NCBI GenBank assembly: GCA_038209835.1
Contig: JBBQXH010000001.1
Coordinates: 1 to 25,824 of the forward strand
Reading direction: 5' to 3'
From: Gaiellales bacterium
Lineage (GTDB): Bacteria; Actinomycetota; Thermoleophilia; Gaiellales; Gaiellaceae
DNA length: 25,824 nt
Shown here: piece by piece, positions 1 through 7,717 of the stretch
Layout: every line of letters starts with the position of its first letter
Position numbering within the stretch: position 1 is the stretch's first letter
Notes under the pieces: generated by a model
What the model was told of the DNA's origin: nothing
Database searches by the model: none
What the model saw: only the letters and a program-made list of their open reading frames with translations
Translations under genes and position numbers: made by a program

Positions 1-696
1 AACGGCGAGGTCGTCGACGCAACACGTGCGCGCGTTTTCGTGGCGAAAGGGGGCCTCGACGCGGTTCCTTCGATCGACGGAACCGCCGAGAACCTTCCCG
101 TTGGCGTGACCGAGGCGCAGGGTCAGGAGCTCGAGAGCCAGAGCGTCTGGGTCTCGCAGCTGGATCTCGACGAGCCCGGGCAGTACTCGATTCTCGTCGA
201 GCCTGACGGAGCGGAGATCCAGGGAAACGCGCAGATCGAGGTCGCCGACAAGTCGAGCGCACCGGCGATCGGAGCCCGTGCCATTCCCTCGGACAACCCG
301 ACCGTCGAAACCGATTTCCCCGACCGGATCACGACCGCCCGTCCACCCGACGTCGAGCTCCTGCGCTCCTCGATTGCGGAGGCGATCGCCGCGAACTCGC
401 CCTTCGTCGTCACCTTCTCGACGCCGCAGTACTGCGAAAGTCGTGTCTGCGGCCCCGTGGTCGACGTGGTCGACGCCGTGCGCAAGCGGTTCGCGGACAC
501 GGGTATCCGCTTCATCCACGTGGAGATCTACCAGGACAACGACCCGGGTCTCGGCTTTAACCGGTGGGTCAAGGAGTGGAACCTCCCGACCGAGCCGTGG
601 ACGTTCGTGGTCGACGGCTCGGGGATCATTCGCGACAGGTTCGAGGGCCTCGTCACCGTGGGGGAACTCGAGCAGTCGGTACGACAGCACCTCTAG
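1..696 (+). CDS. Thioredoxin-like fold protein, 5'-partial
   Basis: Frame 1 is open from base 1 (NGEVVDATRARVF...), so the track start at 40 is probably internal. C-terminal part FVVTFSTPQYCESRVCGP...FIHVEIY...WNLPTEPWTFVVDGSG resembles a redoxin fold with CxxxxC and a cis-Pro-like EP motif. TAG at 694-696. Confidence 0.65.
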   Translation, partial: NGEVVDATRARVFVAKGGLDAVPSIDGTAENLPVGVTEAQGQELESQSVWVSQLDLDEPGQYSILVEPDGAEIQGNAQIEVADKSSAPAIGARAIPSDNPTVETDFPDRITTARPPDVELLRSSIAEAIAANSPFVVTFSTPQYCESRVCGPVVDVVDAVRKRFADTGIRFIHVEIYQDNDPGLGFNRWVKEWNLPTEPWTFVVDGSGIIRDRFEGLVTVGELEQSVRQHL

Positions 697-785
697 CAAG
701 GAGCGAAGCGACGCGCAGCATCCGCGGCCGAAGGCCGCCAGGATGCGAAGGATTCACGGGCCGGCTTGTCCGGCTCGTACACGCG
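696..785 (+). repeat. Structured three-way-junction repeat, copy 1
   Basis: gcaaggagcgaagcgacgcgcagc (696-719) is identical to 4091-4114. It is followed by hairpin gcatcc-gcggcc/gaa/ggccgc-ca-ggatgc, then gaagg, hairpin acgggccgg/cttgt/ccggctcgt, aca and cgcg. Confidence 0.85.
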
Positions 786-1173
786 AACCCGCGAGACGAA
801 GCATCAGTTCGAGCGAGGAAGCCGGTCCCGGCCAGTGCTCCTCGATCAGTGACCGTCCGGAACTCCGGACGAAGAGTCGCAGCACGAGCGCGACGAGAAT
901 CACGTCATCGAGCTGGCCCGCGACGGGGATGAAGTCCGGGACGAGGTCGAAGGGAACCGCGAGGTAGACGACCAGAGCTCCGAGCAGCAGCTTGGAGGAT
1001 CGCGGCACACGCCCATCGCGCATGAGCCGCGAGAAGAGCACGACGCAGTCGGGGACGAATCGGGCGAAGGCACGCGCCTCGTCGCCACGACCCGTGACGA
1101 CGAGGGCGAGAACGAACCCAGCGTAGACGACCAGAGCGCTGCCCAGCCCGATCAGAATCCACGTGACACTCAT
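754..1173 (-). CDS. DUF1232 (YkvA-like) membrane protein
   Basis: Family motif YLAVPFDLVPDFIPVAGQLDD; hydrophobic N-terminal helix. Confidence 0.9.
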   Translation of the reverse strand: MSVTWILIGLGSALVVYAGFVLALVVTGRGDEARAFARFVPDCVVLFSRLMRDGRVPRSSKLLLGALVVYLAVPFDLVPDFIPVAGQLDDVILVALVLRLFVRSSGRSLIEEHWPGPASSLELMLRLAGSRVRAGQAGP

Positions 1174-1177
1174 GGCG

Positions 1178-2008
1178 CTACGCTCGAAGGATCGGCCGGG
1201 TCAGGCAAGTTGGACCGCCGTCGCCCTTTCGTGAGATCTCGTCGCCCTGATAGACGACGACGTCGACTCCCGCGCGCTCCATGCGCCTCCTCGTCTCGTC
1301 GTTCCCGGCGAGCGCCAACGCGACATGGGGTGCGACTGCGAGGACGTTCGGCCCCATCGTCTCGAACTCCTCGTCGGGCACATCGATACACCGGATTCCT
1401 CGATCGTCCAGGAGCTGTAGGAGCCTCACCGGCATCAGTGGGCGGTACACGACAGCGAGGTCCACCGCGAGCGGCGAGATGAACGACATGAGGTGGAGCA
1501 CCTCTCCCGGGCCACGGAAGTGGGGCAGATCGAAGGGCACGACCTCGACTCCTGGGAGAGCGGCCGCAAGTGATGCAATACCGTCTGCGTTCGTCCGGTA
1601 TCCGTGGCCGACGAGCAGCGTCCGCTCGTCGAGCCAGAGCGTGTCGCCACCCTCGACCGTTGCGGGCTCCTCGACCCGTGACGCGACCGGCACTCCCGCA
1701 AGGGCGAGGTCGCGCGCGATGGCCTCGGGTTCGCCGCGACGCCCTTCCTTTCCCGGACGAAGGAGAATCGCGCCATGGTTGGAGATGAGCGCGGGATCGT
1801 AGGCGTAGATCGCGTCCGGATCGCCCGGAACCTCGGTTCTGCCGAGGACCACGTCTACGCCCGCTCCGGCGAGTGCGACGCAAAGCGCGTCGTGCTCGAG
1901 CTCGAGGCGGCGAAGATCCGGCGCGCTGCGCCACCCGTACGCTTGCCAGGCCGCGACCGCATCTGCCGAGGGCGGTTTCACGAGAACGCGTCGGAGTCGC
2001 GCCGTCAT
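1178..2008 (-). CDS. Dimethylarginine dimethylaminohydrolase / amidinotransferase (pentein) family hydrolase
   Basis: Start reassigned to ATG 2008 (MTARLRRVLVKPP); the upstream part of track ORF 1178..2791 is antisense to selD. Motifs VEGGD, LHLMS, and C-terminal GGPTCLTRP with the catalytic Cys. 276 aa. Confidence 0.85.
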   Translation of the reverse strand: MTARLRRVLVKPPSADAVAAWQAYGWRSAPDLRRLELEHDALCVALAGAGVDVVLGRTEVPGDPDAIYAYDPALISNHGAILLRPGKEGRRGEPEAIARDLALAGVPVASRVEEPATVEGGDTLWLDERTLLVGHGYRTNADGIASLAAALPGVEVVPFDLPHFRGPGEVLHLMSFISPLAVDLAVVYRPLMPVRLLQLLDDRGIRCIDVPDEEFETMGPNVLAVAPHVALALAGNDETRRRMERAGVDVVVYQGDEISRKGDGGPTCLTRPILRA

Positions 2009-2037
2009 GTCCTGACAGCCGTAAGCAGCCGTCTCGC

Positions 2038-2043
2038 TAGTCT
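2038..2043 (+). promoter_or_regulatory. Putative -10 hexamer (TAGTCT) of leaderless selD transcript
   Basis: TANNNT lies 7 nt before GTG 2051; no Shine-Dalgarno in between. Confidence 0.55.
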
Positions 2044-2050
2044 GCATCGA

Positions 2051-3082
2051 GTGGAGGGTAACGCCACCAGGCTCACCGATCTCACCGTTGCCGGGGGATG
2101 TGCGGCGAAATACTCGGCGGCGAAGCTCGAAGCGTTGCTCGCCGGGTTCCTTCCCGTCGAGTCGGAGAACCTTCTGGTCGGCCTCGCTCCTGCCGACGAC
2201 GCCGCCGTCTACAAGCTCGATGACGAGCGGGCGCTGATCTTCACGGTCGACTTCTTTCCGCCACTTGTCGACGACCCCGACGACTTCGGCGCCATCGCCG
2301 CGACGAACGCCCTGAACGACGTCTTCGCGATGGGCGGTACACCGATTCTCGCGCTCTCGGTCGCGGCCTTCCCGGAGGAGCTCGCCGGAGAAGACGTCGC
2401 CGCGATCCTCTCCGCCGCGGATCGAAAGGTTCGGGAAGCGGGCGCCCTCCTGGCCGGCGGCCACACGATCCGGGACCCCGAGCCGAAGTACGGACTCGCT
2501 GTCGTCGGAACCGTCCACCCGGAGGGTGTTTGGCGCAAGAGCACGGCACGACCCGGAGACGCGCTTTTCCTCACGAAGCCGCTCGGCACCGGGCTGGTGC
2601 TTGCTGGGGTGAAGATTGGTCTGCTGGCACGCGACCTGCTGGCCGGGGCCGTGCAACAGATGACGACGCTGAACGCCGCGGCCGCGAATGTCCTCCGAAC
2701 GAGAGAGCCGCACGCTGTCACCGACGTGACGGGCTTCGGGCTCTTCGGCCACGCGATCGAGGTCGCAGAGCGAAGCGGTCTCGCGATCCACCTCGTGGCG
2801 GATAGGATCCCGGCCCTTCCCGGGGCGCTCGAGGCAGCGGCGGCGGGAATCGTGACCGGAGGCGACCCGAGAAACCGGGAGTTCGCAGCGGGAAGGATCG
2901 ACCTCGAGGGGGTTTCGGCGGAGCTCGGCCTACTCGGATTCGACCCGCAGACTGCAGGCGGTCTCCTCGTGTCCCTCCCAAGCGGGCACGCGGCCGTCCT
3001 CGAGGCGGAGTTCCGCTCGCGCGACCTCTTCCTCGCCCGGATCGGCCACGTTGCCGAGGGCGAGGGCGTTCACGTCGCCTAA
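2051..3082 (+). CDS. selD: Selenide, water dikinase (selenophosphate synthetase), Cys form
   Basis: LTDLTVAGGCAAK aligns with the SelD GxC/UxxK motif (Cys is residue 17, codon TGT at 2099-2101). Also DDAAVY, FTVDFFPP, FGAIAATNALNDVFAMGG, GGHT, LTKPLGTG, TDVTGFGLFGH and DPQTAGGLL. 343 aa. Confidence 0.93.
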   Translation: MEGNATRLTDLTVAGGCAAKYSAAKLEALLAGFLPVESENLLVGLAPADDAAVYKLDDERALIFTVDFFPPLVDDPDDFGAIAATNALNDVFAMGGTPILALSVAAFPEELAGEDVAAILSAADRKVREAGALLAGGHTIRDPEPKYGLAVVGTVHPEGVWRKSTARPGDALFLTKPLGTGLVLAGVKIGLLARDLLAGAVQQMTTLNAAAANVLRTREPHAVTDVTGFGLFGHAIEVAERSGLAIHLVADRIPALPGALEAAAAGIVTGGDPRNREFAAGRIDLEGVSAELGLLGFDPQTAGGLLVSLPSGHAAVLEAEFRSRDLFLARIGHVAEGEGVHVA

Positions 3083-3108
3083 CCCAACAGCCAGCTCGGG
3101 CGCGACCC

Positions 3109-3114
3109 TAGACT
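3109..3114 (+). promoter_or_regulatory. Putative -10 hexamer (TAGACT) of leaderless COX15/CtaA transcript
   Basis: TANNNT lies 7 nt before ATG 3122. Confidence 0.55.
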
Positions 3115-3121
3115 TGTAGCG

Positions 3122-4090
3122 ATGCTCGCCCGCGTCCGGAGCCGTCGCGTCTCACCGCAGGGCTTCCGGCGTATCGCGACGATCTCGGTCGGCGCGCTGC
3201 TGATCGTCGTCGTCACCGGCGCAGTCGTCCGTCTGACAGCGTCAGGGCTCGGCTGTGACAACTGGCCTCGCTGCGGCGATACGCCCTTTCCGGAGAAGGG
3301 CTTCCACGCGTTCGTCGAGTTCGGAAACCGGATGGTCGCGCTTGTGGCGATCGTGATCGCGATCGTCACGTGGATCGCATCTCGACGAGTGGACGGGCTA
3401 CCTCGCTGGGTCTCCTGGACAGCGGGAGCCGTGGCTCTCGGCACGATCGCGCAGATCCCCCTCGGTGGGCTCACGGTGATCCTGGATCTGCACCCGCTCG
3501 CCGTGATGAGCCACTTCTTCCTCGCCCTGGCGATGCTCGGACTGGCCGTTCTCGTCGCGCTCGAGGCGCGCGCCTTCGAGGTGGGGAGACCAGACTCGAC
3601 CGTCCCTCGGGCACTCGGCTGGCTGTCGCTCGCCCTCGTCCCTGTGGGGATCGTTCTGCTCGTCACGGGCACGCTCGTTACCGCGGCCGGCCCTCACTCG
3701 GGTGGTGCGGACATCCGGCGCCTCGGCAATCTCGAGGATGCCGTCTACGTTCACGTGAGGGCCAGCGCGATCTTCGGCGTCGCATTCTTGATCCTCGTGA
3801 TCGCACTCCTGCGATTCCGGCGCACAGCCCGACCTGAGCTCCTGCTTGCCTGCGGTGCTCTGCTCCTCCTGCTCGTCCAGATGGGAATCGGCGAGTACCA
3901 GTGGCGCAATCAGCTTCCCTGGCAGGTCGTCCTCGTTCATGTCTCGCTCGCGGCAACCATCTGGGCGGCGCTCGTGGCGCTCGCCGTCCGTGTCGTCTGG
4001 GCCGGGCAAGGCGCGAAGCGACGCGCAGCGGCCGACCAGGCCGCGAAGGCCCACGGACCGGACGAAGTCCGGGCCGTACAGAACGCGTAG
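3122..4090 (+). CDS. ctaA: COX15/CtaA family heme A synthase
   Basis: About 8 hydrophobic segments; SGLGCDNWPRCG, EFGNR, SHFFLA, AGPHSG and later His residues (YVH, LVH). The last 27 codons come from repeat copy 2. Confidence 0.85.
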   Translation: MLARVRSRRVSPQGFRRIATISVGALLIVVVTGAVVRLTASGLGCDNWPRCGDTPFPEKGFHAFVEFGNRMVALVAIVIAIVTWIASRRVDGLPRWVSWTAGAVALGTIAQIPLGGLTVILDLHPLAVMSHFFLALAMLGLAVLVALEARAFEVGRPDSTVPRALGWLSLALVPVGIVLLVTGTLVTAAGPHSGGADIRRLGNLEDAVYVHVRASAIFGVAFLILVIALLRFRRTARPELLLACGALLLLLVQMGIGEYQWRNQLPWQVVLVHVSLAATIWAALVALAVRVVWAGQGAKRRAAADQAAKAHGPDEVRAVQNA

Positions 4091-4175
4091 GCAAGGAGCG
4101 AAGCGACGCGCAGCGGCCGGCCAGGCCGCGAAGGCCCACGGACCGGACGAAGTCCGGCCCTTACAAGACGCGTAG
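4006..4175 (+). repeat. Tandem pair of 85-bp structured repeats (copies 2 and 3)
   Basis: 4006-4090 and 4091-4175 differ at 6 of 85 positions by manual alignment; both end in acgcgtag. Confidence 0.95.
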
Positions 4176-4207
4176 ACCAGCCCGGATAATCCGCGGGGAC
4201 CGGCTAG

Positions 4208-4213
4208 TACACT
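4208..4213 (+). promoter_or_regulatory. Putative -10 hexamer (TACACT) for PAC2 gene
   Basis: TANNNT lies 6 nt before the in-frame ATC at 4220. Confidence 0.5.
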
Positions 4214-4219
4214 CCGCGG

Positions 4220-5119
4220 ATCGGCGACCACCTTCGTATCGAGAGCCGGCCGGTGCTGCGCCGGCCGGTCATGATCGCCGCGTTCCGCGGCTGGAACGAC
4301 GGGGCACAGGGGGCATCCCTCGCGGCGAGTTTCCTCGCGCGTGCTTGGGACGCGACGAGGTTCGCAGACATCGATCCGGAAGAGTTCTTCGACTTCCAGG
4401 CGATCCGCCCGCACGTCTCGCTCGAAGACGGGCAGACGCGCCGAATCGACTGGCCGGAGAACGTCTTCTACCATGCCGCGATCCCTACGGCCTCGGAGCA
4501 GGACGAGCGAGACGCTGTACTCATCCTCGGCGTCGAGCCGAACACACGGTGGCGGACGTTCACGAGCGAGATCGTCGGGCTCGCCCAGGAGCTCCGCGTC
4601 GAGCTCCTCATCACGCTCGGGGCTCTGCTCGCCGACGTGCCCCACACGAGGCCGAGCCCGGTGACGGGGGCGGCGACCGATCCTGCGCTCGTCGAGGAGC
4701 TCGGTCTCGCCAACTCGCGCTACGAGGGCCCGACGGGGATCGTCGGAGTTCTTCACGATGCGTGCCGTGAAGCTTCGATCGCTTCGGCGAGCCTCTGGGC
4801 GGCCGTTCCGCACTATGCGTCGCTCGCACCCAGCCCACGGGCTGCCGGGTCGCTCTGTACCCGACTCGGCGAGCTTGTCGGCGCCGAGCTCGACCTCGAT
4901 GAGCTCGAGCGGGCGAGCGAGGTCTACGAACGCCAGGTGAGCGAGGCAGTCGCTTCCGACGAGGAGACCGAAGCGTACGTCCGCGAGCTCGAGCGCCGGG
5001 CCGACCAGTACGAAGCAGAGGCGGACCTCCCCTCAGGCGATACGCTCGCGGCAGAGTTGACACGCTTCCTGCGCGAGCACGAGGCGCGCCGTCGGGAAGA
5101 GGAAGAAGAAGAGGACTAG
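4220..5119 (+). CDS. PAC2 family (proteasome assembly chaperone-like) protein
   Basis: AAFRGWNDG, DPEEFFDFQAIRP, GVEPN, TLGALLADVPHTRP, YEGPTGIVG, WAAVPHY. The first canonical start is GTG 4253, but gene-like sequence extends to ATC 4220 (see findings). Confidence 0.9.
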   Translation: MGDHLRIESRPVLRRPVMIAAFRGWNDGAQGASLAASFLARAWDATRFADIDPEEFFDFQAIRPHVSLEDGQTRRIDWPENVFYHAAIPTASEQDERDAVLILGVEPNTRWRTFTSEIVGLAQELRVELLITLGALLADVPHTRPSPVTGAATDPALVEELGLANSRYEGPTGIVGVLHDACREASIASASLWAAVPHYASLAPSPRAAGSLCTRLGELVGAELDLDELERASEVYERQVSEAVASDEETEAYVRELERRADQYEAEADLPSGDTLAAELTRFLREHEARRREEEEEED

Positions 5120-7593
5120 CCGGCGGGCGACGCTACGCCGTCGCTCACGGGTTCGACCGGCTCGGGCAAGACGGCTTCAGATGTTTCGGCCGCTCCCTCG
5201 GGAGTGACCGGAGATCCGCCGTTCTGAGTGACCCGCGCCGGCCCATCCTGCGAGCCATCGCGCTTCTTCCGCCGCCGGCGGCGACGTGACTTCCCGGCCT
5301 GATTCTTCGGCGCGGGAAGGTTGTCCGCCAGCGCCTCGGCGACCTGCTCGTTCGTCCCGACCCGCGCGCGGGCCTTCTCGATCAGCTGTTGCGCTGTCGG
5401 GGTGTATCCCTCGGCGGAGGCCAGGAGGGCCGAAGCAACCTGGGGCGTCTGCTCGAGCGCGACGTTGACGAGCCGCGCCGAGTTCTCCTCATGGCGATGT
5501 CCACGGGAGTTGGCGAGAGCTCCGAGCAGGCGCTTGGCATCGGGCAGCTCCGCGCTCGCTCGACGGTCCTGCAGCTTTCGGGTGGCCCGGGCGAGCTTCC
5601 AGGTCCACCTGGTGATGATGTCTTCCGGCGCTTCGACTTTGCCGTTTGCGATTGCCCGCAACAGGATGCGAACGCCTTGCACGCGATCCTTCTCCCAGGT
5701 CGGCGACGAGATCACGATCGTGACCAGGTCGTCGAAGCTCGCGCGGTCGATCATCGTGGCGACCCGGTCGCCAAGCGCTTGGAGCCGAAGCCTCCGGTTC
5801 GGATTCTCGGCCGCGCAACTCATGAGGAACATCTCACGGCAGTCTCGGCTCGCCCGCGCGAGCTTCTCCGCGAACTGCTGCCGCTCGTCGTAGCGGAGCT
5901 GGCGGCCCGCGATGCGCGCCCATAGCTCCTGCTCGTCATCGGCGAGCCGCGAAGGATCGACGCGCTGCCATTCGCGAGCGATGACGGTGAGACGCCTCCG
6001 CGGGTCGGGCGTCACAGGGACGAGCCAGGAAGCGGGCGAGAGCTTACGGCGGGCCCGCCGCTGCATACGTCGGCGCGGCGCCGGCGTAACCCGCGCGCCA
6101 GGCCGGTAGAAGTCAGAGTCGAGGAGGGTGTGCAGCGTGATCGTCCGGTCGTTGTGCGTCGCCGCGGGATCGATGAAGTCGACGACGATCCCGGCCTCCT
6201 TGCGCGGGTGGATTCGCATGATTCGCCCGATCCGCTGCTGGTAGACGCGGCGGCTCGCAGTAGGGGCCAGATGCATGCACACGGTGGCTCGCGGCGAGTT
6301 CCAGCCCTCGGCGAGCAGCTGGGCGTTGATGAGCACGTTGATCTCGCCGCGCTCGTAGGCGGCGAGCGTCTCGGCGAGCCGGAGGGGAGGCGTCCGTCCG
6401 CTTACGGCCTCTGCCTTGATTCCCGCGGCCCGGAACTCCCGGGCGAGGTTGTAGGCATGGTCGACCCCGGCCGCATAGACGATCCCGGGCGTGGCGTCGA
6501 AGCGATCCCGGTACAGGCTCGCCGCCGCCTGGTTGATCAGCTCGTGGTCGAGAACCTTGGCGAGCGCTTCCTGGTCGTAGTCCCCGCCGACGATCGGAAC
6601 GGTCGAGATGGCGGCCGCGGGCGGGACGCGAAGGCAGCGAAGGGGGGCGATCAGGCCGCGCCGCGCCGCATCGCCGAGCGGAAGGTCGTCGACCGAAGCG
6701 GGGAAGACGTCTGAGACCTGCTTCGCGATCAACTGCTCCGTCGCGGTCATTCCGATGTAGATCGGCTCCGTGAGGCTTCTGATCGCTGCGCTCGTCTTCT
6801 CACCGAGCGCCGTGTGCGCTTCGTCACAGATCACGAGTTGATACGCGGTCCGGCTCAGCGACGTAACATGACGCGCGAACCACGCGTAGGTCTGGATCGT
6901 GATGGGGTTACCCCTCAACGGGTCGGTTCCCTCGAGGACAGGCGCTGCAAAGCGAGCCCCATACCCCTCGGTCGTCAGGTCGCTCGTGAACTGGTTCACG
7001 AGGAGTCGCCGATGGGTGAGGATCAGGACCCCCATGGTGCGCGCCGCCTCGACGAAGCCCGCCGCCGCGATCGTCTTGCCCGATGCGGTGGGGTGACGGA
7101 ACCGGTAGCGGCGCTCGGCGCCCGGATCGTCCGCGACCCGATCGACGTCGTCGTCGAGGTCGTCCTCCAGCTCCTCCGGCTCGTCGTCCTCCTCTGGCTC
7201 AGCCTCGGTGCCGTTCCCGTTCGGCTCGGCGGGCTGCTCCTCATGCGCAATCAACTCCGTCAGCATCCCCGCCAACGCATCGGACTGATGCCGGCGTAGC
7301 TCGGTGCCGGACGCGAGGTGCGGGCTCTCCTCGCTCAGCACTCGCTCCAGCCCGAGCATCAGCGCAAAGCTCACCTTCCACGCCGACGAGGGCGCGCGAC
7401 GCCCCTCGTCCATCTCGGCCAGGGCAGCGTCCAGTGCGCGCCGGCGTGCCGACTTCTCGGCGAGGGCCTCGACGGGATTCTCGTCAGGGCGCAGGAAAGG
7501 CTCACCGGCCCATTTCTCCGCCCTCGCGGCGTCGGCCACGAGTACGTCGACCTCGGCCGACATCAACGTCGAGTGCTCTGAGTGTTCCTGCAT
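5116..7593 (-). CDS. SF2 DEAD/DEAH-box helicase (ResIII-like core) with N- and C-terminal extensions
   Basis: Motif I PTASGKT, II DEAH, III MTAT, V LAEGWN, VI QRIGR. Acidic linker before the core, long helical C-terminal region and an RRRRRRKKR tail. Start uncertain (ATG 7593 or 7563). Confidence 0.88.
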   Translation of the reverse strand: MQEHSEHSTLMSAEVDVLVADAARAEKWAGEPFLRPDENPVEALAEKSARRRALDAALAEMDEGRRAPSSAWKVSFALMLGLERVLSEESPHLASGTELRRHQSDALAGMLTELIAHEEQPAEPNGNGTEAEPEEDDEPEELEDDLDDDVDRVADDPGAERRYRFRHPTASGKTIAAAGFVEAARTMGVLILTHRRLLVNQFTSDLTTEGYGARFAAPVLEGTDPLRGNPITIQTYAWFARHVTSLSRTAYQLVICDEAHTALGEKTSAAIRSLTEPIYIGMTATEQLIAKQVSDVFPASVDDLPLGDAARRGLIAPLRCLRVPPAAAISTVPIVGGDYDQEALAKVLDHELINQAAASLYRDRFDATPGIVYAAGVDHAYNLAREFRAAGIKAEAVSGRTPPLRLAETLAAYERGEINVLINAQLLAEGWNSPRATVCMHLAPTASRRVYQQRIGRIMRIHPRKEAGIVVDFIDPAATHNDRTITLHTLLDSDFYRPGARVTPAPRRRMQRRARRKLSPASWLVPVTPDPRRRLTVIAREWQRVDPSRLADDEQELWARIAGRQLRYDERQQFAEKLARASRDCREMFLMSCAAENPNRRLRLQALGDRVATMIDRASFDDLVTIVISSPTWEKDRVQGVRILLRAIANGKVEAPEDIITRWTWKLARATRKLQDRRASAELPDAKRLLGALANSRGHRHEENSARLVNVALEQTPQVASALLASAEGYTPTAQQLIEKARARVGTNEQVAEALADNLPAPKNQAGKSRRRRRRKKRDGSQDGPARVTQNGGSPVTPEGAAETSEAVLPEPVEPVSDGVASPAG

Positions 7594-7666
7594 GCTGTGC
7601 AAGGGCCTCGCGCCGCCGGGAAACAGAGGTAGGAGGCGCGCAGAGCAGATTGTGCTGCTCCCCGTA

Positions 7667-7672
7667 AGCATA
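7667..7672 (-). promoter_or_regulatory. Putative -10 hexamer (TATGCT) for helicase gene
   Basis: The minus strand reads ggggTATGCT about 70 nt upstream of ATG 7593, followed by a gagcag/ctgctc hairpin (7643-7660). Confidence 0.4.
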
Positions 7673-7717
7673 CCCCACCGGTCGGCGTGCGCAACGCGGG
7701 CCGGTTACGCTCGTGTC

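Noticed and set aside
696-785. Repeat as tRNA, hammerhead ribozyme or intrinsic terminator
   Set aside because: No T-loop/D-loop or CCA; no CUGANGA/GAAA core on either strand; no U-tract after the hairpins.
1178-3082. Long overlapping ORFs 1178..2791 (-) and 1775..3082 (+) as a true dual-coding region
   Set aside because: The extensions are antisense read-through of the opposite gene in stop-poor high-GC DNA; family motifs begin only at 2008 and 2051.
3300-3335. COX15 EFGNR (Asn in place of the first conserved His) as a novelty
   Set aside because: This variant is already known in actinobacterial COX15/CtaA proteins.
4006-4175. CRISPR array
   Set aside because: Two contiguous 85-bp units with no unique spacers; no cas genes in the window.
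7062-7100. Helicase motif I PTASGKT as a sign of an inactive ATPase
   Set aside because: GKT, DEAH and motif VI are intact, and PTASGK variants occur in active SF2 helicases.
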